NCBI GenBank assembly: GCA_963804165.1
Contig: CAWDPO010000006.1
Coordinates: 96,001-160,000, forward strand
Source: an uncultured delta proteobacterium
Lineage (GTDB): Bacteria; Desulfobacterota; Binatia; UBA9968
Reading direction: 5' to 3'
Length of the DNA: 64,000 nt
In this document: positions 41,045 through 51,364 of the stretch, piece by piece
Layout of the letters: each line of letters starts with the position of its first letter
How positions within the stretch are numbered: the first letter of the stretch is position 1
The notes under the pieces: generated by a model
What the model was told of the DNA's origin: nothing
The model's database searches: none
What the model saw: the letters and a program-made list of their open reading frames with translations, nothing else
Position numbers and translations under genes: made by a program

Positions 41045-41278
41045 TTCAACGGCTGGAATATTGGAGCCCTTGGATCAGCCCCGAACATCTTGAACGATCT
41101 GAACGGATTGATCGCATTGGACTATTGAATGATTGAACCTTTGAACGAAAATCTGGCTTGACACTCTCATTACTGTTTGGTACGCGTCGCGATGGAAGAG
41201 TGCTCGCTAACGCTCGAAGTTTTGAATACTTGATCGCAACGATTGGAACCATTGGAACGACTGAAACGGCTGGAACTT
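41045..41278 (+). repeat. Two 8/9-nt-period GAAC tracts flanking a candidate promoter
   Basis: CTTGAACGA TCTGAACGG ATTGATCGC.. (41045-41148) and TTGGAACCA TTGGAACGA CTGAAACGG CTGGAACTT (to 41278); TTGACA at 41158. Confidence 0.7.
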
Positions 41279-41311
41279 TCTTTCCAGCTAGAATCGCAGG
41301 AGGGTTGATAA

Positions 41312-42397
41312 ATGAACGGCATGGAGCCTAAGGGTGCAGTTCACTGGATCGATCACTTCGTAGTCGGCACAAACGATATGCCCGCGTGGGCTGATTGGGC
41401 GGTGAATGCCATCGGCCTTACCCGCAGACCGCTCATCGGACTCACCACCGCGGCGCGAAAAAGAAATATCAAGATCACTTGTTTTCTTTGGTGGGAGGGC
41501 GGGTCATGCCGCATCGGCGCGTTCCTTCAGCCTGAGATCTATCCGCCGGCTAAAGCTCTCGGCGAGGATCTGCCGCGTTGCGCATTTTATATCCGGCCGG
41601 AGGATATCGACAGGCACTTGCGCCGGCTCGATCGGCACAAGATTCCGCACAGCGATCCGATCCGCACCGCCACCGACGGCGATGATGGCTCCGTCATCTA
41701 CTTCGCCGATCCGGACGGCAACCAGTACGAGTTCTGGGCGCCTGTGCGTATGCCCGAAGGAGCCATGGAGATCGCCACGGAAGAGAAAGTCGGCCGCATC
41801 AGTCATTGTGTCTACGGTGCTCGCGACCTTGGACGAACCGCCGCCTTCTTCGAAAAATATTGTGGCATCGGTCCGGAGCAAAATTCCAAAACCGCCGAGG
41901 GAACGCTGGTTTTACGCCTGCGCGCGGGCGGCCGTCTAGTTTACAAGTTGGTCGACAAGGTCGACGAGCGCGTTTCCGGACATGGAACCTGGTGGGACAT
42001 GCACACGGCGCTGACGGTTCGTCAGGAGGAGTTCCTGCCCAACTACCGGCGCATGTGGGACGGCATTCCCGAAGAAGTCGGTTATAAGGCGGACCTGAAT
42101 CTCTCCCTGGAGCAACAAGAGTCACTCCCCGCGCGCACGGGTCTGCATCGCAGTCCCGTCGGTATCAGGTGGAAAGAAATATGCGACCGCGGCGATGAGT
42201 TCTACGATTGGGACTGTCATTCCTTTCACTTCATGGGCGGCAAACCGTTGAACGCTGACGGTTCCATGGCGCTCTACGAGGCGATCGAGCAGGAAGCCTA
42301 TTTGCTCGAGCTCGCCGAATCGCTGAGCAAAAGCACTCAGTCTGGATTGATGACCGGACTAGGCAAGGAAAATCCCTTCAAGCTTCGCGAAACCTAA
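41312..42397 (+). CDS. Two-domain VOC family protein, paralog 2
   Basis: Colinear and clearly homologous with 23450..24517 (shared WIDH, CRIGAFLQPE, FADPDGNQYEFWAPV, WWDMHTA, PARTGLHRSPVG). Confidence 0.78.
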   Translation: MNGMEPKGAVHWIDHFVVGTNDMPAWADWAVNAIGLTRRPLIGLTTAARKRNIKITCFLWWEGGSCRIGAFLQPEIYPPAKALGEDLPRCAFYIRPEDIDRHLRRLDRHKIPHSDPIRTATDGDDGSVIYFADPDGNQYEFWAPVRMPEGAMEIATEEKVGRISHCVYGARDLGRTAAFFEKYCGIGPEQNSKTAEGTLVLRLRAGGRLVYKLVDKVDERVSGHGTWWDMHTALTVRQEEFLPNYRRMWDGIPEEVGYKADLNLSLEQQESLPARTGLHRSPVGIRWKEICDRGDEFYDWDCHSFHFMGGKPLNADGSMALYEAIEQEAYLLELAESLSKSTQSGLMTGLGKENPFKLRET

Positions 42398-42413
42398 TTT
42401 ACGTGCGTAGATT

Positions 42414-42534
42414 CAGGCTGGTCAAAAAGGTTCAGTTGCGAGGCGTGCGAAGATCGATGCGGAGGCGTACTCTTGTACGTTGACGCGAAATCGGTTGAGC
42501 ACAACGAAGCAAATGAGCCTTTTTCAACAGCCTG
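42414..42534. mobile_element. MITE with CAGGCTG..AAAAAGG TIRs (21 bp, imperfect)
   Basis: CAGGCTGGTCAAAAAGGTTCA...TGAGCCTTTTTCAACAGCCTG; target duplication ambiguous. Confidence 0.7.
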
Positions 42535-42548
42535 AATAGGAGTAGCTC

Positions 42549-43364
42549 ATGGCGCAGCACATTCACGGACCGCTTTACTACGAACGGATGGGACGCACGG
42601 GACCCGTAATCGCATTTATCCATCCCAACCCGATGGACAATGCATGCTGGATTTTTCAGATGGCGCATTTGTCGACCTGGTATCGCTGCATTGCCATCGA
42701 CATCCCGGGATACGGACGCTCGCCCAAGGCCGATGCCGGGCTTACGATGAACGACATGGCCGAGGCCTGTTGGGAAGCGATCGACGACGCGCTCTCCGGC
42801 GAAAAAGCGATTCTGGTCGGCTGTTCGGTCGGCTCGTCGCTCGCCCCCCACATGTACCACCTTCGTCCCAACAGAACCTGGGCGCTCGTGTTGTCGGGCA
42901 CCGGTTACAATCCGAACAAGGAATTCACCAAGGGGAGGATCGATAACTACACGGCCAATGGCATCGACTATCGCTGGGCTTACACATTCGAAGATCTAAG
43001 CGCGGCGTTTCGCACCACTCCACTGGCGCACTTCTTTGCGAACCTCTTCACCGAACGCAACGAACACGCCGACGTGCAGACGATCATCCACCAGTTCAAA
43101 GCACTCGCGCAGCCCTATCCCGAAGGGCATCATGAGCGTATCACCTGTCCGACAATCATTCTGACCGGTAGTGAAGACAACAGCCATCAACGTGCCTTCG
43201 CGCTCCAGGCGCGGATACCGAATTGCGAGTTGAAGACTCTGCCAGGAGCCGGCCACGCCTGTCAGATCGAACAGCCTTGGCTATTCGATCGCTTCATGAT
43301 CGAATTTCTTGCCAAGCATGACCTGTTCCCCGGCGCAGCCAAGCTCCAAAGATCGATTATCTGA
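42549..43364 (+). CDS. Alpha/beta hydrolase
   Basis: IDIPGYGRS, GCSVG nucleophile elbow, GSED, GAGHAC. Confidence 0.9.
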   Translation: MAQHIHGPLYYERMGRTGPVIAFIHPNPMDNACWIFQMAHLSTWYRCIAIDIPGYGRSPKADAGLTMNDMAEACWEAIDDALSGEKAILVGCSVGSSLAPHMYHLRPNRTWALVLSGTGYNPNKEFTKGRIDNYTANGIDYRWAYTFEDLSAAFRTTPLAHFFANLFTERNEHADVQTIIHQFKALAQPYPEGHHERITCPTIILTGSEDNSHQRAFALQARIPNCELKTLPGAGHACQIEQPWLFDRFMIEFLAKHDLFPGAAKLQRSII

Positions 43365-43596
43365 CTGGCCGCTGGCGCCGGTTTTTATTGTTCGCGCTCG
43401 ATCCGAATCCGTCTACCCGATCCCCGTGATTGGACCGAATTAATGTTAAGTTAACTCCGCGTCCTCTGTTGCCTCCGCGCTGAATTTTCCGAACTCAATT
43501 TCGCGCCGCAGTTGATTTAGGCGGGTTTCTTTCACAAACTAATATATGTTTCTGCGCCGCGTCCGCCAGTCGTGACGCGACTCTCTTAGTTACCCA

Positions 43597-44531
<935 letters not shown>

Positions 44532-44535
<4 letters not shown>

Positions 44536-45308
44536 GCCGCTTGGCATTCAACCGGCATGGCGTTTGGGCCATCTATCAGTTCGAGATGGCGCGCGCCCTG
44601 CGGACGCTGTTCCAGAGCGTGGTCGCGCCCGTGATCACCACTTCGCTCTATTTCGTGGTCTTCGGTGCAGCCATCGGGTCGCGCATGACCGAGGTGAGTG
44701 GCGTGTCGTACGGCGCCTTCATCGTGCCGGGATTGATTATGCTGTCGCTATTCACCGAGAGCATTTCCAACGCCTCGTTCGGCATCTACTTCCCCAAGTT
44801 CACCGGCACGATCTATGAGCTCTTGTCCGCGCCGGTGTCTTACTGGGAAATCGTCATTGCCTACGTCGGCGCCGCGGCGACCAAATCGATCGTCCTGGGA
44901 CTGATCATCCTCGCCACGGCGGCGATGTTCGTGCCGCTCCGCGTCCTGCACCCGGTGTGGATGATCGCCTTTCTGGTGCTCACGGCGGCGACCTTCAGCC
45001 TGTTCGGTTTTATCGTCGGTATCTGGGCGAGGAGCTTCGAGCAGCTGCAGTTTATTCCGATGCTGGTCATAACGCCTTTGACCTTTCTCGGCGGTGCCTT
45101 CTATTCGATCGACATGCTGCCGCCGATGTGGCGCACCGTCACCTTGTTCAACCCCGTGGTTTATCTGATCAGCGGCTTTCGTTGGAGCTTCTATGAGTCG
45201 TCCGACGTGAGCGTGGAAGTGAGCCTTGCGATGACGCTGGGATTCTTCGTGATCTGTCTGGCGGTGGTCGGATGGATGTTCAAGACAGGCTATCGGTTAA
45301 AGAGCTGA
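44532..45308 (+). CDS. ABC-2 exporter permease (YadH-like)
   Basis: [36 protein letters not shown]; ATGA overlap with the ATPase gene. Confidence 0.92.
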
Positions 45309-45311
45309 ACC

Positions 45312-45773
45312 GTGGCGAAAAAAATTAGTGCCGGCCTTTTACTGTATCGCCGTCGCAGCGAGATCGAGGTTTTTCTCGTTCATCCCGGCGGACCGTTCTG
45401 GGCGAAAAAGGATGCCGGCGCATGGTCATTGCCGAAGGGAGAAATCGGCGAAGGCGAGGACCCGCTTCAGGCCGCCAAGCGAGAGTTTACCGAGGAAACC
45501 GGTTTCCCCATCGACGGCGAATTTTTGCCGCTTCAACCAGTGAAACAATCTGGCGGTAAGGTCGTTCACGCGTGGGCGATCGAAGCCGACTGCGATCCGT
45601 CCCGGGTTCGAAGTAATCTATTCTCGATGGAGTGGCCGCCAAAATCCGGAAAGACGCAGCAGTTTCCCGAAGTCGATCGCGCCGAATGGTTTACGATTCC
45701 GCAGGCTCGGAAGCGGATCCTTGTCAGTCAAATGGGTTTTATCGAGCAGCTTGTTTCGATTCTAACTACGTGA
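45312..45773 (+). CDS. NUDIX hydrolase
   Basis: SAGLLLYR, HPGGPFW, PKGE..AAKREFTEETG, FPEVDRAEWF. Confidence 0.92.
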   Translation: MAKKISAGLLLYRRRSEIEVFLVHPGGPFWAKKDAGAWSLPKGEIGEGEDPLQAAKREFTEETGFPIDGEFLPLQPVKQSGGKVVHAWAIEADCDPSRVRSNLFSMEWPPKSGKTQQFPEVDRAEWFTIPQARKRILVSQMGFIEQLVSILTT

Positions 45774-45918
45774 ACGAGCCGGAGCTATCCGCAACGGAAT
45801 GTCAAAAGTATCGACTTGACCGTTCCATGCCTTTCGCAGACTGACGGTGGGCGTCATCCGCGCTGCTATCAATTTTTGCCTGAAGCACGCAACCAAACCC
45901 ATCATTGACGGCGCGCGA

Positions 45919-46516
45919 TCAGTATGATCCCAAATCCCACTGCTGCTTTTCCACATCACTGCGCGTGAAGTGGATCACGATGAGAAGGGTGTAGTCATTA
46001 TGCTCGGTCACCTATAGCCGGAGCAGTCTCATCTATGAATTCGCCGGTCTGGCTACCGGTCATGGAGAGCTTAATCTCGGCATGGCCGCTGTGCTGCACA
46101 TTTTTAAACAGCGGGATCTCAGGCATGGCGAAACCCGCGAGCGGGACGGTAAAAGAGGGAGCGCCGAGAAACGACTGTCCTTTATCGACCGCGAGAACTG
46201 ATGCGAAAACTTTCAAGCGCAGCTGCGCCTGTTTGAGATCCGCGGCAATCCGTACCCTCTGGGCTTGCAACCAAGCGGTGAAATACTCTCTCGCAAAATC
46301 CTTGTCCGCTGTGAGGCCGTAAAAATCAACCGCGACGGTTTTATCTTTGATCTTTTGTACATCTAGACCAGCCATTGCGCGCTCCAAAGCACGGACGAGC
46401 AGCTCCTGTTCGGTACTGGAGCGCGAAGTGTTGGTAATCTGAGGGGATGCTGCGCAGCCTGCGAGCAAACAGAATAAAAGACACGAAGAAAAGTTTTCAA
46501 ACCGGGTTATTAGCAT
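45919..46516 (-). CDS. Lipoprotein (DUF6655-like), with a probable frameshift near the C-terminus
   Basis: Lipobox LAGC; TSRSSTEQELL. The annotated frame stops at 45998; a shifted frame continues HNDYTLLIVIHFTRSDVEKQQWDLGSY* to 45919. Confidence 0.6.
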
Positions 46517-46684
46517 CGCGACCTTCCAGCATCATATGATCTACTTAAAAGTGTAGCCCGCACGGAATCTTTCGCAAGAAGCTGTCCCGATCTTTTTATT
46601 GCAGTGTTCCCGCGCACCTAGCCCGTTTTCTCTCCGCCGGATTTCGGTGGGGAGCAGGGATAATATTTATGCTGTTCTAATCGA

Positions 46685-48253
46685 TCATTTGCTCTCGATC
46701 ACCGTAAACGCCACGACGGCGCTTGCCAGCGCTAGGCCGAGCGAACTCAGCATCACCAGGCGGAAGCCGAAGACAAAAGATTCGTCGATCGCCTGTTTCA
46801 GCGCGCCCTGTGTTCGCTCGTCTATACTTGAAGGCGGTTCCGCTCCGGCCAGCCGGGGGCGCTGCGCGTCGATGGCGCGTCGTACTTCAGGGGCTAAATC
46901 CATCGGCGCCAATCGTCGATCGAGCTCGCGATTGAAGGAGTGCACGATCACGATACCCAGAACGGCAATACCCAGGAGTCCAGCGATGCGCGACATGGCA
47001 TTGTTGACACCAGAAGCTACTCCGGCGCGATTTTCCCGCACGGCGTTCATCACGGTCGTGGTCAGCGGCGCAACGCTCACCGCCATTCCTAATCCGAGCA
47101 CGACCATGGCGGGAAAAAACGTCGTCCAGTAACTGCCGCCCACTCCTGGAATCATAAATAGCCCATAGCCTAACGCGACGATCGCGGGGCCCACTACGAG
47201 CGGCCTTTTGGCCCCGTAGCGTTTCACCAATCCTCCAGACCAGCGCGAGAGCAAAAACAGAATGAGAATGAATGGCAGCCACACGGCGCCCGCGGCCGTC
47301 GCCGAGTATCCTTGGACCTGAATCAAATTGAGCGGAAAGAAAAACATGCCGCCACCCAACGCCGTGTAGAGGAAGAGCGTCAGCAGATTGGCGCCGCTAA
47401 AATTGCGCGAGCGAAACAGCGCGAGCGGCAGCATCGGATGCGTCGAGCGCGCTTCGATGAGAAAAAACATGGTGAGTGACATCGCGCCGCCGATAAGCGT
47501 GGCGATTACGAGCGGATGACCGAAGTCTAAACTTGAAGACTCGATCAGGCCGTAAATCAGCGCTCCCAAGCCCAACGTCGCGAGCGCAACACCCCACCAG
47601 TCCAAAGCGGTATCGGCATCGTGGTCTTTACTCTCCGGAACATGCAACAAAGAGATCGCCACCACGACGATCGCGAGCGGCACGTTGATAAAAAACACGG
47701 CGCGCCACGAGACATGCTCGATCAGCCAGCCGCCCATGACCGGCCCGACACCGGCGGTAATCGCGGTGAACCCCGACCATGTGCCGATCGCCTGTCCGCG
47801 CCTCGCTTCGTCGAATGAAGCGCTGATGATGGCGAGGCTTCCCGGCACCAGCAGCGCGCCGGCCACGCCCTGAATTGCGCGGGCGACGATCAGTTGACCG
47901 ATGCTTTGCGCCATCCCGCAGCCGACTGAGGCGAGTGCGAAAAGAGCGACGCCGGCGCAAAAAATACGCCTTCTGCCGAAGCGATCGCCCAGTGATCCGC
48001 CGGCCAAAAGCAATGCGGCGAGAAACAGCGCATAAGATTCCACCACCCACTGCACGTCGAGAACCGTCGCATTGAGACTTTTTTGCAACGCGGGCAGCGC
48101 CACGTTGACGACCGTGCCGTCGATGAACGCCATGCTCGACCCCAAAATGGTCGCGGCCAAGATCCACGGCTCGGACACCGGCGCGCATGGGACAACGGTC
48201 TGACGCCCTCGAATGACGCCTTCATCGCATGGCTGTGGAAAAATATTTGCCAT
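46685..48253 (-). CDS. MFS transporter, DHA2 (EmrB/QacA-like)
   Basis: MAFIDGTVVNVALP, GSLGDRFGRRR, WRAVFFINVP; about 14 TM segments. Confidence 0.92.
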   Translation of the reverse strand: MANIFPQPCDEGVIRGRQTVVPCAPVSEPWILAATILGSSMAFIDGTVVNVALPALQKSLNATVLDVQWVVESYALFLAALLLAGGSLGDRFGRRRIFCAGVALFALASVGCGMAQSIGQLIVARAIQGVAGALLVPGSLAIISASFDEARRGQAIGTWSGFTAITAGVGPVMGGWLIEHVSWRAVFFINVPLAIVVVAISLLHVPESKDHDADTALDWWGVALATLGLGALIYGLIESSSLDFGHPLVIATLIGGAMSLTMFFLIEARSTHPMLPLALFRSRNFSGANLLTLFLYTALGGGMFFFPLNLIQVQGYSATAAGAVWLPFILILFLLSRWSGGLVKRYGAKRPLVVGPAIVALGYGLFMIPGVGGSYWTTFFPAMVVLGLGMAVSVAPLTTTVMNAVRENRAGVASGVNNAMSRIAGLLGIAVLGIVIVHSFNRELDRRLAPMDLAPEVRRAIDAQRPRLAGAEPPSSIDERTQGALKQAIDESFVFGFRLVMLSSLGLALASAVVAFTVIESK

Positions 48254-48291
48254 AGGCTAAAAAGCGTTCTCGCCAATTAAGAACTCAAATG

Positions 48292-48362
48292 AGTTCCAAT
48301 CGTTCCAGTCAATCAAGAACTTAGATCTGTTCCAATAGTTCCAGACGTTCGAACCGTTCATT
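48292..48362 (-). repeat. 9-nt-period GAAC tract (minus strand) upstream of the MFS gene
   Basis: + strand reads GTTCCAAT CGTTCCAGT .. TGTTCCAAT AGTTCCAGA CGTTCGAAC CGTTCATT. Confidence 0.65.
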
Positions 48363-48457
48363 GAGGCCAGCGCTCAGCATCGATGGCAGTATGAACGCGT
48401 GATTTCTACGCACGTCGACTTCTGGTCTCTCTCGGGGAGGGTTGAAATTCCTCGCCT

Positions 48458-48745
48458 TCAGGCGAAGTCGCCGATACCGGAATTCGCGAAGAGGACATCG
48501 ATGCGGCCTTTTTGTTGCTTCACCGTGTCATACAGCCGATCGAGGTCCGTGAGCTTCGACACATCGCCCTGAACGCCGGTTGCGTTGGCGCCGGTTTGCT
48601 TGACTGCCGCATCAAGATCGCTCTGGCGACGGCCGGTGATGAAAACATGCGCGCCCTCGGCGACGAAACGCATTGCGGTGGCAAGTCCGATGCCGCTGTT
48701 GCCGCCCGTGACGACAGCAACCTTGCCTTCTAGTTTTTTCGACAT
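48458..48745 (-). pseudogene. Truncated SDR oxidoreductase (N-terminal 95 aa only)
   Basis: AAGGA RBS; [27 protein letters not shown], then a stop before the YxxxK motif. Confidence 0.85.
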
Positions 48746-49071
48746 GGCATCTTCCTTTTGCTATTCATGTGCTGGTGGCGGTAAAAACTAAACGAGTTCG
48801 AAAGCTATCTTCAACTACATGTCCCTCGCCGTCAATAATACGGCGGCTCATTGTGAGCTACTTGTGTTTCCCATTCCCATCCTCCCAATGTTGCTGCGCA
48901 TGGTCGCATGAGTTTCTCGGACTATCAACAAAATTGATGCGCCGACGGCTGCACGTGGGTTCCATCGGCCCATGCGCGTCGATCAGGACAAACAAACGAA
49001 GGCCAGACGAAGACCGAGGATCGATGACATCCGCTTGAAAGACAGCGCGGCCCTAGCTTATGCTCGCTGAC

Positions 49072-50085
49072 ATGGCGATCAGAAAAACTACTTTCGGTCT
49101 CACCTTGTCCAACCGGGCGTTGATTACACGCGGCACGCCGCCGAGCGAGCTTATCGACATGGCGGTCAAAGCGGAGAGCACCGGCGCAATCGATGCGGTC
49201 TGGGTTGGCGACAGCATTCTCAGCAAACCGCGGCTTGAATGTATTCCCCTGTTGGGCGCCATCGCCGCGCGCACGTCGCGCGTGAAACTCGGTGTGGCCT
49301 GTATGGCGACGATTGCGCAGCGCAATCCCGTGCTGCTCGCCTTGCAGTGGGCGAGTCTCGACGTGCTGTCGAGCGGCCGCACGTGGCTCGCCGCTTGTAT
49401 GGGCTATCCGGCGAGCCAGCATCCGATGGCGGCTAAAGAACTTGCAGTGATGGGCATTGCAAGCAAAGAGCGGCCTGGAAGGCTGGAAGAGATGATTCAA
49501 GCCCTACGACTTCTTTGGTCTGAGGAACAGGCGAGCTTTCACGGCAAATATTATTCATTCGAGGACGTGGATCTCTTGCCCAAGCCCGCGCAACGGCCGT
49601 GTCCAATCTACATCGCCGGTACGCCGCGGCCGATTCAGATCGGCGAGCACGGCGTGGAACGCTCACTGCGGCGCATCGCCCGCTACGCCGATGGTTGGAT
49701 GAGCAATCAGATCGAGCTCGCGATGTTTAAAGACTATCAGGATCGGCTACGAAAAATGGTCACCGAAGAGGGTCGAGACTCCAACGCATTCAAGACAGTC
49801 TTGTATTACGGCGTTTCGGTAAATCGCGACCGCGAGCAGGCGTTTCGTGAAGCAAAACATTTTCTCGACTCGTACTATCAGAAGGACTTTACCCGCCAGG
49901 GCGTTGAAATTTGGACCGCCTGCGGGCCCGTCGAGCATTGCGTCGACTGCCTGCGCGGTTTCATCGATGCCGGGGTCAACCACATCGCCATTCGCCCGAT
50001 CGGCGCCGACCTGAACCGGCAGTTCGGCATTTTCTTGGAAGAGATTATTCCCGCGCTGCAGGCCGTCGTCGGCAAACCCGCTTAG
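49072..50085 (+). CDS. LLM-class flavin/F420-dependent oxidoreductase
   Basis: DAVWVGDS, IAARTSRVKLG, LDVLSSGR, FHGKYY, PKPAQRP, IARYADGW. Confidence 0.9.
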   Translation: MAIRKTTFGLTLSNRALITRGTPPSELIDMAVKAESTGAIDAVWVGDSILSKPRLECIPLLGAIAARTSRVKLGVACMATIAQRNPVLLALQWASLDVLSSGRTWLAACMGYPASQHPMAAKELAVMGIASKERPGRLEEMIQALRLLWSEEQASFHGKYYSFEDVDLLPKPAQRPCPIYIAGTPRPIQIGEHGVERSLRRIARYADGWMSNQIELAMFKDYQDRLRKMVTEEGRDSNAFKTVLYYGVSVNRDREQAFREAKHFLDSYYQKDFTRQGVEIWTACGPVEHCVDCLRGFIDAGVNHIAIRPIGADLNRQFGIFLEEIIPALQAVVGKPA

Positions 50086-50442
50086 CGCCGGCTCGCCGCA
50101 CGCGCTCGGTCCCTCTTTCCAGAGTATTCAGCAACACCTCAGCATCTTTCGACAGTCGGATTGTGCGCCCATGCGGGAGCGCGCGGCTTCGGCGCGAGCA
50201 GTGTGAATTGGCACGAAGTATATTACACGCGTCGCCAACTTCCGCAGTCGGTCGACGTGAACGGCTCATTCGGGCAAAATACAAAATCCGCATTGTCGGA
50301 ACGGCCGCAAGACCTACCGGAGTTGTGACGTGAATATCTGGGCGAATGGCCCCGGCAAAATCTAAACGCCCGTGGCAAAAATTTGCGCAAGCCGTAGAGA
50401 CTTTCAAGTATAGTAAAGTAATACGAATGACGCTCGACTGAG

Positions 50443-51111
50443 GTGAGGTCGACAGGGATCGATACTTTGAAAATCAATTCGCTGCTCACACTCGCGTGCC
50501 TCGGCGCCAGCCTCTGGGCTTGGCAACAGCCGCCGCTGTTCGCGCAACAAAACCTCATCGTCAGTACTGCCAACCTCGAGAACGGCAGAGTCTGGACGCT
50601 CGTGGCGGCTCTGTTCGTCCACGGCAGCGTCGTCCACCTATTTGGCAACATGCTGTTTCTGTTCGTCTTCGGAAATACTCTGGAAAAAGCTGTCGGCCCC
50701 GGTAAGCATCTGAGCATCTTCTTGACCGGCGGAATCCTGAGCTTCATCCTAAGTCTCCCGTTTATGCCCCCCGGAACAGGAATGTTGGGGGCTTCGGCGG
50801 CGATCTTTACCCTTGCGGCGTGCGTGATGTTGGTCAACCCGCTCAAATTTTCCTGGCTTTTCCTCGCCCCTCAGGGACTGGCGGCGATTCTCTACTTCGT
50901 CTACAACATCATCGTCGCCGCTGAAAAGAGCCGAATACCGGGATACGATCCTCAGGTTGCATACGTCGCTCACATCATAGGCTTTCTTATAGGCGTGCCT
51001 TTCGGGATCGCGCTCAGTAGTCAATGGCAAAAAAACCTCGTCATTACACTGCTGCTGTTTGGAATTTATCTGGCAATTCTAAGCGGTGCGGCTAGGTTGC
51101 TTTTCCCGTAA
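50443..51111 (+). CDS. Rhomboid family intramembrane serine protease
   Basis: FVHGSVVHLFGNM, GASAAI, AYVAHIIG; start position uncertain. Confidence 0.9.
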   Translation: MRSTGIDTLKINSLLTLACLGASLWAWQQPPLFAQQNLIVSTANLENGRVWTLVAALFVHGSVVHLFGNMLFLFVFGNTLEKAVGPGKHLSIFLTGGILSFILSLPFMPPGTGMLGASAAIFTLAACVMLVNPLKFSWLFLAPQGLAAILYFVYNIIVAAEKSRIPGYDPQVAYVAHIIGFLIGVPFGIALSSQWQKNLVITLLLFGIYLAILSGAARLLFP

Positions 51112-51265
51112 ACGGCCCCGTCGAGCGACGTACCGAACTTAGAGAATTTCGAAAGCTCCCGATTGCGCTCGGCTAGACTCTTTAGTCGCACGGAAAGTCC
51201 TATTTGATCCTGGCTTCGCCGTTTCTCGTCACACCGCACCCTTATTTGCCCGAACATAAATAATA

Positions 51266-51294
51266 TTGACAGCTAGAAAAGCGGGGGCTATCGT
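51266..51294 (+). promoter_or_regulatory. Sigma70-type promoter of the histidine kinase gene
   Basis: TTGACA-N17-TATCGT, 70 nt upstream of the ATG. Confidence 0.55.
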
Positions 51295-51364
51295 CCGATT
51301 CTCTCATGCGAAACGACCCTAATCTAACTCGAAGCGACACGCCGCACCGGCCGGAAACCTAAAG

